Of a stretch of 17,871 bases of DNA, positions 7,738-16,745 are shown piece after piece. The stretch comes from Azolla caroliniana (Eukaryota; Plantae; Polypodiophyta): the NCBI GenBank assembly GCA_043228905.1, contig JBHGNT010000680.1:1-17871 (forward strand), read 5' to 3'. Made by a program: the position numbers and the translations under genes. Below the pieces are notes generated by a model. The model searched no databases and was not told the origin of the DNA. It saw only the letters and a list, made by a program, of their open reading frames with translations. Position 1 is the stretch's first letter, and every line of letters starts with the position of its first letter.

Positions 7738-10146
7738 CTGGAATTTTCATTTGTTCATATTTAGTAATGGAGAGAGTATATTATAACTGAAATTACTCCC
7801 TAGCACTGCAAAAAACAGTTGCAGCACTTGTAGAAAATGAAACAATGCAAAGCTTGAGTAGTTGTACCACAAATAAAGATTTCAATGGAGAAGAATGAAA
7901 AAGAATTATGTAATTGAACTGATATTAATCAATTGCTCTATGGCAGAAAACACATAATGGCAATTCTATACATTAAAGTAAACCCAATAATATAAACACG
8001 GGGGCTTACATACAACCATTCTACAATAATCTAAGAATAGCATCAAGACATGTATGTAATTATGCTATAAATACAGCCTCTTTTGATCAAAACACAACGG
8101 CCCTGACGGCTCCTCTGTAAGAATTGCTTTGGCACTGACAAGTATATACTATTTTGAGCACTTCAGCCCAAAGTTTCTAAGCTTTGTACTTGCCACTGAA
8201 AACATATATGACATATATAGAGTCGAAGCACTTCAGCCCTAATCTTCTTAAGATTTGTATATGTACATATGAGTTTATGACATTTCTGGATTACGTGAGT
8301 AACATGTGTATATGCTTTTAGTCAGATGTTCTAGACCTGCGGCATTCAATGCTAGTTTTTAAATACTTAAAGTGCTAAAATTATGACCTACGACAACATT
8401 TGAGAAGCTCCAATCTGTATACTTTCTACTATGCTGACATCCATCAATCCTACTCCATTGAATTTTTAAATTGATATTCTTCAAAACTAGATTTTTTCCT
8501 GCTAATTGTAACCCATTCATTGAAGAAGTGCAAAAGGCTCCAGGTGGCAGAGAATGAACTACATTACCTTCCGTAGCATTGCATTTTCTTGTTGTAGTGT
8601 TGAAACCTTTTCTTCAAGCACTGCATTCCTTTGTTCCAGCTCCTTCATTTTAAGTTCTAGCTCGGACACATATGCCTTCTTTCTTTCCCTAGCTTGTTGT
8701 GCAGATACTCTATTCCTAAGCAACCTGTACCACGGTTTGTTTAATTCTAGCATATGAAGGTTGCTCATGAGACCCTGAAAATTCTTCTATGTATTATTGG
8801 AAGGGAAGAACAGCCCAAATACCCCTGAGTTTTTCTTTATTTCCAGAAATGTCCCCAAGCTTTCATAAATTCCTCAAATGCTCTTGGCAACCTCCTCTCC
8901 AGAAATTATATGTGCTACTTGATCAATCATATATGGTCAACTTCATCCCCTTCTCTGTCTTTCTATAGTTGACCAGAGGCATTTGGGGAAATAACGAATA
9001 CCAAATGGCATTTGAGGAAGTAAAGAAAAAACTCGGGGTATTAGGGAGTTTTCTCTCATTAGAATCAATACCGTTTCATTCGTTTATGCTCTTTTTCTGC
9101 TGGTAAAGCTGCCCTTTTTCTTCCACTACCGCTCTTGGTTGATCCAGGTACAGACTTCTTCGCTTCGATTCCTCCCATATCTGGAACTTCCCTTGAATCT
9201 GATCCACTATCTTCCTCTGAGATAAATGATAAGACAAGTGTATAAAGCTATTGTTGGGTATCACCCTTCCGTACATCCCCAATATAAATATGCCCTAGAT
9301 TGGTAGATCCTAGTGAACACCCCAGGTATATCATATGAGCAAACAATGAGTTTTTATCAAAAGCCACCCCTGTGCATCTAATATATCAATCACTCATGAT
9401 CATTTTGTAATATTAGTATATCATGTCTCACTTAATCTCATTGTAGCCAAGTGATCTTCTAGTAATATTATGATATATTGTCTCACTTAATCTCGTTGTC
9501 ATTAGCGTTCAGATTATCATGTCTCACTTAATCTTTGATCCTCCGTAGTTAACAAATCTCAGCTATGAACAAATTCTCTGCTGCTGCTGCATGTATATCA
9601 TGCTTAGACCACGGATGTTGCAAAATCCAGAAAACAAGTGCCACAAAACTATAGCACAAATGCATTTATGCACACATAGCATGCCAAGCATTATTCACAT
9701 GTATTGTGAAAATGCGGCAATGAAGTGTATGAAATTGTGCACATATTCATCTATGAATTCAAGGTAGCATGCCTAGACAGTTGCATATATTGCAAAGATG
9801 CAAACAATAAGTGTATGAAACTATGCACAGATTTATCTATGCATTATTACACATCTACGTATGTTAATTATTGCCGCGAAATGCTAGAGATTTCTCTGAT
9901 AAATGCAAAATATTTCAGAAGATGAATTAAAACAGAAAAATCCCCCCAATAACACTTATTGTAGCGAAATATGCAAGGGATTTCTCTGAATAAAAAAACA
10001 GCAATCAGGATTGACAATGAGACCAAAGTAGTAATGCAAAAAGTATATCTTACAAGATGCTGAAAGGAGAGAGAAACAGAGGCAGAGAGGCAGAGGGAGA
10101 AGAAGATCTCACCATCTTCCATAAAGAGAGGTTTTGTCTGCTCCAT
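7690..10146 (-). CDS. HY5: HY5/HYH-like bZIP transcription factor; complement join(10146-10113, 9216-9072, 8724-8568, 7737-7690), about 127 aa
   Basis: Spliced product [27 protein letters not shown]...[104 protein letters not shown] is the diagnostic HY5/HYH basic region, and acidic-VPD/E is the COP1-binding VP motif. Intron phases are 1, 2, 0 with GT-AG ends. The first and last exons are less certain than the middle two. Confidence 0.9.
8157..8260. repeat. Short direct repeat (70-bp period) in HY5 intron 3
   Basis: agcacttcagccc.aa....taag.tttgta at 8157 and 8227. Confidence 0.7.
8568..8724 (-). CDS. HY5-like exon 3 (bZIP)
   Basis: gtacag|G TTG CTT AGG; [18 protein letters not shown] plus leucine zipper; donor AAG|gtaatg. 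Confidence 0.95.
8791..9071. repeat. Nested imperfect inverted repeat (foldback) in HY5 intron 2
   Basis: 8814-8853 pairs with 9007-9046, 8870-8891 with 8968-8990, and 8919-8925 with 8934-8940; weaker outer pairing extends to 8791 and 9071. Confidence 0.8.
9072..9216 (-). CDS. HY5-like exon 2 (VP motif, start of basic region)
   Basis: tctcag|AG GAA GAT; [15 protein letters not shown]...[17 protein letters not shown]; donor AAACG|gtattg. Not in the ORF track in this frame because it is short. Confidence 0.9.
9408..9534. repeat. Three direct copies of TGTCTCACTTAATCT in HY5 intron 1
   Basis: Exact 15-mer at 9424, 9479 and 9520 with partly shared flanks; each copy begins with the TGTCTC AuxRE core. 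Confidence 0.8.
9616..9848. repeat. Degenerate ~86-bp tandem repeat (about 3 units) in HY5 intron 1
   Basis: ttg..aaa.atgc....aat.aagtgtatgaaa.t.tgcaca.att.atctatg motif clear at ~9705 and ~9791, weaker at ~9619. Confidence 0.65.
10113..10146 (-). CDS. HY5-like coding exon 1 (predicted)
   Basis: atccATGGAG start in good context; [11 protein letters not shown]; donor GATG|gtgaga, phase 1 matching the exon 2 acceptor. Confidence 0.7.
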
Positions 10147-10206
10147 GGATGGTAGGGGTCGATCGCCACACTCGGATGCGTACCACAAAAATTGATGAAG
10201 AAGAAC

Positions 10207-10311
10207 TCTTGCTTCTTGCTTCTTCTTGCTTCTTCTTCTTCTTCGTCTTCTTCTTCTGCTACTGCTGCTGCTGCTGCCGCCGCCGCCGCCGCCGCCGCTG
10301 CGACCTCTCCC

Positions 10312-10347
<36 letters not shown>
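10207..10347. repeat. Compound microsatellite (CTT)n-(CTG)5-(CCG)7-(TG)16 in the HY5 leader
   Basis: Read directly: CTT-rich ~10207-10257, CTG 10262-10276, CCG 10277-10297, TG 10315-10346. Confidence 0.95.
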
Positions 10348-10351
<4 letters not shown>

Positions 10352-10468
10352 GGATCGATCACACACTGTAGATCTGTGGGGGTCGCCCTCTGCGCGCGCG
10401 TGTTTTGTTCTTCTTCTGAATCCTCAACTCCCTTCTCTCTCTAGATCTGGGTCGTTCATTGTGAGCAT

Positions 10469-10620
10469 GTCGTGGCCTCTTCCTGACCGTCCGATTCTCC
10501 ACTTGTCTACTTGGAGGTGGCTAGTGAGTCGTGGCCGCTTCCCAGCCATCCAACTCCAAAGCCATAGGTAGGATTCAGGAACAATCCATCCATCATACAC
10601 CCTCTCTCTCTCTCTCTCTC
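10469..10620 (-). promoter_or_regulatory. Putative HY5 proximal promoter/leader motifs: GGCCACGAC x2, a third GCCAC, and a (GA)n tract
   Basis: On +, gtcgtggcc at 10469-10477 and 10528-10536, gtggc at 10517-10521, (CT)n at 10602-10620. GCCAC is the SORLIP1 light-promoter motif. Function inferred only from position. Confidence 0.4.
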
Positions 10621-11700
10621 ATCCAATTTCCATAGGGCTCCCCCCGCCTTCTTTTAGTTAGCGAGGCTAAGTGCCCCGAGTACACCCCCCACCGTAGCCC
10701 CATTTGTCTACCTCGATCAAATCTCCTTGCAAAACACACACGATCCCTCCCCGCTCTTCACCACCTTACCTTAATACAACACATCATTACTTGGTTTTCT
10801 TAATCCTATCAAACATGTCTCCCCTTGACGCGATTAAAAAAACGAAAAAGAAATGAGGAAGAAAAAAAAAACTTGGTGGTTTGAGTTTTGCACCTCGCTT
10901 TTGACTTCACCTTGTAGCTCGACCATTTTCTACCTTACATCATCCCCTTGGACTTTGCTATTGAATAAGGAAGAAGGTCCTTTGGACGGTTTCTTGCAAA
11001 TCACATGTTTTAAAATGAGAGGGTAGGGTGCATGAATCACGTGGTGATGTCAATGTAAACAAGAATACCTTTAGATATTTCATGGATGAGTTGAGTATGT
11101 CCCTACGCATTTGTAAGGTAGTTTGTGCTCCTATTTAAGGTTCCATGGATTGCTACAAACAAAGCCTCTAATTCCAAACCCCTCATTCCTCATTCCTCAC
11201 TCTACTAAACTTCGTGTGGTTTGAAGGACAACGTGGTGTGCTTGGGGCTTCAAAAAAATTTCAACGTTGATAATACAAGTACAATGCTTGGAATATAAGT
11301 TTTGCATCCTATTGTATTTTAATTTTTTTTTCTTTTGTGTTTTTGAAACTTACAAGATTTTCCCAAGGCAAATATGCATGAATATATTAACTCTTTGGAA
11401 AGCGTTACACTATAATGCATGCATGAGCCAAGTACACAACGATGTTTAAAATGAGCCTCTTTATCATATCATGTTATGCGAGAACATTTATGTTGGTTTA
11501 ATCCCACTTGTTATACATGTAGACTTCTGTCATGATGATTATTGTGATATAAAGTGTTGTGAGCTTTAACCCATATCCATAAGCTTTTTTAAAGTTTTCT
11601 TTTTTCCCTCTCCATGAATAACACTAACTAGATTTTTTTGGGTGACCCATGCCTATTATATTTTTTAAAGTTAGCTTTTCCTCTCCATGACCCATCATGA

Positions 11701-12211
11701 TGTGGTGGTGGTGCAACTAAACAATCCCAACTAGCAAGTGGTCCCAAAGTGAGTCGGGACAAACTCGAGAAACCCCAAAAAGAGTTGGGATAGTCCCAAA
11801 TAGTGTTGGGACAATCCCGATCGATCAACATGCAGTCCCAATTTGAGTTGGGACTCAAGAAAGGAACCATATCCATACCCATACCTAGTCCTAGTCCTAA
11901 AAGGGGCACCACCTTGGGTTGGGACAACCTGTCGGAATGGCTAGTCCAATGGTCATATCTTGGCCTACATAAGGAGTCTCTCCTCATTTTTGGATGATTC
12001 CTAATCTCCGAGTTCTACTCTCCCCCACTGTAATATTGAACACTCTCTAGCCCCTCTTTATCTTTTGGTTTTGTCCTAACATTGGGAGAATTTGGGATTG
12101 TTGTAATCTTGTATCTCTTTCTTATAATATAAATCATCTTCTTGTTCAAATTGTCTTTGTCCCAACCGTGTTTCGTGCGTTTTGAGTTCCCCGTAATCTA
12201 GGGGCATAACA
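11701..12211 (+). mobile_element. Probable solo LTR / LTR relic; left boundary uncertain
   Basis: GC-richer block from TGTGG (11701) to ...GCATAACA (12211), flanked by atga/gtga (imperfect 4-bp TSD). U3-like region rich in gtccca/tgggac motifs, TATA-like cctacataaggag (~11964) followed by a CT-rich tract. An alternative left end at 11472 (TGTTATGC, inverted match to the right end) has no TSD. Confidence 0.45.
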
Positions 12212-12767
12212 GTGATGTACTCACATGTCTATGATCATGGATGCCCTTCTATTCCATGTTCAAACATGCATTTTCCAAGTCATACCATTTTCACGAGAGA
12301 TGCTTTTCACATGACAATACCCATGAAAATCGTTAACCTTATCTTATGTGTATAACCATGCATTACATTAATCATAGCAATTGATATGTCGCCCTTGACA
12401 CATCAATAAGACACCCATGAACATCAATGCTCTTAGATTCCATGTTCAACCATTTATTCTCCTAATCACACATCAAGTGCTGTTTTTTTGCAAATATTAA
12501 GTGCACCATTTTGATATTGATCTAAAAATGAGATAAATACATGAGACATGAGTGGTATTTCCAAAAAATTGAAAATAAAATATCTTTCCATTATGGTGGC
12601 ACCATCTCGTCATACCAAATGTGATTTTTTTGTGTGTATATTATTCATAAAACAAAAGAACTCCAAATTTTTTCCTCAAGGTTTGAACTCATATTGTTTT
12701 TATTAAAGCAATAAAATAAAGGGAAAAGTACCAGGATACCCTTGGAAGTTCTTCTATTTACCAGAAT

Positions 12768-13228
12768 TGTCATGGGCATGACCATATAATATCCTGTGGT
12801 GAGAATTTACCGTAGTATTCTATACACGTGGATAAGTGTGAGGGTTAAACAAGAGTGTAAAGAAGGGGAGGATTACTTTTAATCCTCGGGATTGACACAA
12901 CCCATTAGGCCAAGTGTGAACTTGCATGGGGGCCTTGGGTATCGCTATAAATAAGAGGCCTAGCTATCCTCATTTCATCATCTTTTGACTACGTCGAGAC
13001 TCTGTTCTTGTGGTGGGTCAACTCTTGTAGCGAGCACACCAACACCAAGTACGACTTGACACCACGATGGTGGTATGGGACGCCGATTGAGGCTCGAGTT
13101 TGTCTCAATCCCTTCACTCGGGGGTGGTCGGGAAGATCGACACCCTTCTTTCTCTCTCTCCTTTCTATCTATCTATCTATCATTCTTTTATCCTTATCAT
13201 ATGCTTACATTAGGGCATATCTCTAATA
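12768..13228 (+). repeat. 5' LTR of the Gypsy element (start approximate; alternative TG at 12795)
   Basis: Ends ...ctctaaTA (decayed CA) 2 nt before the PBS; TATAAATA at 12946-12953; CT/ATCT-rich tract at 13145-13181; TGTCATGGGCATGACC at 12768 loosely mirrors the 3' end. No second LTR in the window to confirm the boundary. Confidence 0.6.
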
Positions 13229-13230
13229 GT

Positions 13231-13242
13231 TGGCATCAGAGC
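13231..13242 (+). promoter_or_regulatory. Primer-binding site for initiator tRNA-Met
   Basis: TGGCATCAGAGC, one mismatch from the canonical TGGTATCAGAGC, located between the LTR and gag. Confidence 0.88.
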
Positions 13243-13529
13243 TCATGTTCTAATTTTTCTTTTGTTGTCTTTTGTCTTCTTGATTGATGGTGATCGATCG
13301 ATGTGCGGTCGGCCTTGATCCAGACAACGATCAACAAAGGAACTTTGGTAATCAATCAATGTGTTGCCATAGTAACCTGATCTTCAACCTCATCTCATAC
13401 GTCTAGAGGGGTATTGATGTGAGATCATGATATCGATTAATGTTTGCCCATGATATGTTTACATCACGACATGATGTTATGACTATTTATCTCACCTTAT
13501 CCTATTTCTTTGCCAGAAATAATCATTCA

Positions 13530-14411
13530 ATGGCTCAAAATAACGACCCGATGTCACCCGCTCAAGCGGAAGGAACTCAAGGAAATCGTCCTGAACAAAT
13601 GTCCATTGAGATGTACTTTTCACAAATAAACCAATACCTTAGTTTCACCACTCAACAGATGACCGAACGTGGTCAATCTCAAAGTGCTCTCGAGGCATGT
13701 GTCATTAGTTTACAACGTGAGACTAATAGACCTGATGAGCGACAGGGTGAACCATCGTTTGTCGTTAAGCCATTTACGGGAGAAAAAAAGGAAAGAACTG
13801 AAGAAGCAATCTGCACGTGGTTGAGCCGATGGGAGTCTCATTTTGAGCTCTATCCCACGCCAGATAGTACGAAGATTGCATATGTCGGTTGAGAACTAGG
13901 GGGTAAGGCCGCCGCCTGGTGGCGTGGGCTCCGTACTTTGTGGAAATTGCCCAATACTCGGACAAATTTTGTCACAGTTTTCAAGGGCCAATTTCTGCAA
14001 CCTCCCTCTCGAACCGGGGCAACACAACCTTTAATGAACCTCTCTAGTAGGAAGTTTTCCTCGCTAGAAGACAATGTCCACCATGCTAGAACCAAAATCC
14101 AAAAATCCGGTCTAGAAGGGGGCAATTGGTTAATAACTTGTTTTGTCAATGGCATCCCCAATTCGGACTATCACTGGATAGTGCACGATAAGGATCCAAA
14201 ATCCTTCGAAGAGGCCGTTGAAATAGTTCTTCGCTATCAACGTACTTCGAAGAAGGACCACAACAAACCCAACGAAGTGCCCGGGACTAAGCAATCACAA
14301 TTTGCTGGGAAACGCAAGACACCCAACGAATTCATGGATCACAATTGTAAGCAACAACATCCTTTTTGTGTATTCTGCAAAAAGAAGGGTCATACAAAAG
14401 AGCAATGTTGA
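13530..14411 (+). pseudogene. Retrotransposon gag (disrupted)
   Basis: ATG at 13530; WLSRWESHF...KIAYVG*ELGGKAAAWWRGL (Gag motif, in-frame TGA at 13890); zinc knuckle CVFCKKKGHTKEQC followed by TGA at 14409; the frame continues into the protease. Confidence 0.88.
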
Positions 14412-16591
14412 AAGCTCCAACGGAAAGAGCACGATAGCAAAACTAAAGCTGTAGACCATAAAGGTCAGATTCCTAATGTCCTTCAGGTCTACACACATCA
14501 TTTAAGTAATTGCCAATGTTCTTTCCCTCACTATGTATTGGGTCCAAATGATTTACTACGTGCAAACGGGTATATCAGTGGATCTCCCGTACAATTTTTG
14601 TTTGATTCGGGAAGCTCACACAACTTTGTGAATGATCGTTTGGTTCAAATATGGGGAATCCAACCCACCGTAAGTGATCACACATATACGGTGCACTTGG
14701 CTGATGGAAGAGTACAATACATCAACGAGGCGATTCATTCATTAGGAATTTCTATTGATACTTATATAGAGGAAGCAAACTTCCATGTAATGAATCTTTG
14801 TACCACTAATGTAATACTGGGTTATCCCTGGTTCTATAATAAAAACTCTTCTTTATCTATTGATTGGGTTCATTATTCAATAACTTTTGTACTGAACGAT
14901 TGTACTCATTTTATTCAATGTGTAAAAAAACAATCCCTCTCGATTGTTTCCTCTCCATCAATATCCGAGTTTTCTTGTTCTACTCTATTTTATTGTGTAC
15001 TTGATCTAGACATTCACGTTTACAATATCGATAATGTCTCGGTTCAATTAACATATTTTGAACAACAACAACTTGATGAAATCTTAAATAATTTTTTTGA
15101 TGTTTTTCCGAGTGAACTACCAAATGGGTTATCTCCTAAACGTAATATAGACCATCGTATAGATATTGTACCTGGTGTTGCACCAATAAGTATACCTCCT
15201 TATCGCTTAAGTCGATCCGAAGAGGATGAGGTATTTAAGCAACTCAAGGACTATTTACGAATGGGTTATATACGTTATAGTAAATCTCCAATGGGGTGCA
15301 CCAGTTCTCTTGGTTAAAAAGAAAGAGGGCACATGGCATACGTGTATTAATTACTGACGCTTGAATAAAGTGACGACCAAGAATTCGTATCCATTGCCCC
15401 GGGCTAACGATCTAATTGATCGTCTCTAGGGAGCTCGGTATTTTATGAAACTTGATCTCCGTACTGGCTACCATCAAATTTGTATAAGTGAGGACGATGT
15501 TCCTAAAACGACATTTCGTACGCGCTATGGCCATTATGAGTTTTTGGTTATGCCTTTTGGTTTGACCAATGCTCCAGCTACATTTCAAAAAGAAATGAAT
15601 GACATTTTCTGAGAACAACTTGGAAAATTTGTCGTTATTTTATTGGGTGATATTTTAGTTTATAGCCGTACATTACAAGAACATGCTAAACATGTCCGCT
15701 TTGTTTTACAAACATTGCGTTACAAACAATTTTATGCGAAGATCTCAAAATGTGAGTTCTTCAAGAAATCAATTACTTATCTTGGACATCTCATAACCGA
15801 ACGAGGAGTTGAAATTGACCCTTCTCGCATCGAGAAAATGAAGCTTTGACCCACTCTTTGGAATATTCGATAAGTTCGATCATTCCTTGGTTTTGTCGGG
15901 TTTTGCGAAAATCCCTTCGTAATTACTCCCAATTGACGACGCCGTTTATTGATCTTCTAAAAGGTCAAACCTGTAAGTCTACAAAACCTATTGTCTGGAT
16001 TGCTACACTAGACCTCGCCTTTAAGGAACTCAAGGACCTGGTGTGCATGGCTCCTTCAATTTAACCTTTTGCGGTTGAAACCGATGCAAGTGATTATGCT
16101 ATAGGTGCTGTCTTATATCAAGATGGTAAACCAATAGCATTCGAGAGTAAGAACTTGATTCTGCTCAATGTCGGTATACCGTTCAAGAAAATGAGTTATT
16201 TGCAGTTATACATGCGCTCAAAACATGGCGCCATTATCTTTATGGAAATCGCTTTGTGGTAACTACGGACCACGAGTCCTTGAAATATTTTTGTGACCAA
16301 CAAGACCTGAAAGGTCGTAAGGCACGATGGGCTGATCTCATCTAGGACTTTGATTTTTCCATACGATATCGTAAAAGTTCCATGAACACTGTCGTTGATG
16401 CACTAAGTCGCATCCGTGAAGTTAACATGCTTAGCTTCACTGAAATAACATCCGATCTTTACTTTCACCTTCGAGGAAAGTATCCTGATGAGAGTTATTT
16501 TTCGAAATACTGGGCAAGAGTTAAGTCTGGATCAGACACCACCACATCCTCGAAGGAATACTTCCACATTGCTAACGATCTACTCTACCGT
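14412..16591 (+). pseudogene. Retrotransposon pol: aspartic protease, reverse transcriptase, RNase H (disrupted)
   Basis: FLFDSGSSHNFV (protease). HRIDIVPG...PYRLS, WGAPVLLVKKK (after a frameshift at ~15290), [36 protein letters not shown] and a decayed catalytic LLGD at 15640-15651 (RT). ETDASDYAIGAVL, ELFAVIHALKTWRHYL, TDHESLKY, DALSR (RNase H). Several in-frame stops. Confidence 0.93.
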
Positions 16592-16712
16592 TGTCGAGGA
16601 AATCCTCGCATGTTCGCGAAATGAAGCGGGACCACAGGGGTCTTGGATCGGAAAGATTCGATGTTTTTTAGCAGCGTAAGCGAGAAAGTATTGAAGATAG
16701 ATAGATGGATGA

Positions 16713-16745
<33 letters not shown>

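Noticed and set aside
8330-8340. cgcag|GTC TAG as the HY5 last exon
   Set aside because: Good acceptor, but it yields only V-stop; less HY5-like than the 7737 exon. It cannot be excluded without cDNA.
9076-9282. 68-aa minus ORF as the HY5 exon 2 product
   Set aside because: Wrong frame; the HY5-like residues ([15 protein letters not shown]) are in another frame at 9216-9072.
10134-10571. Plus-strand ORFs with poly-L, poly-P, poly-R, poly-C and CV repeats
   Set aside because: Translations of the microsatellite on the non-coding strand.
11249-11348. Weak inverted repeat (ttcaaaaa...aatacaa...ttgtatt...tttttgaa)
   Set aside because: Short AT-rich matches expected by chance; no TIR/TSD.
11628-13287. 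ORFs 11628-11987, 11803-11997, 13008-13226 and 13075-13287
   Set aside because: They lie in LTR-like non-coding sequence and have no protein motifs.
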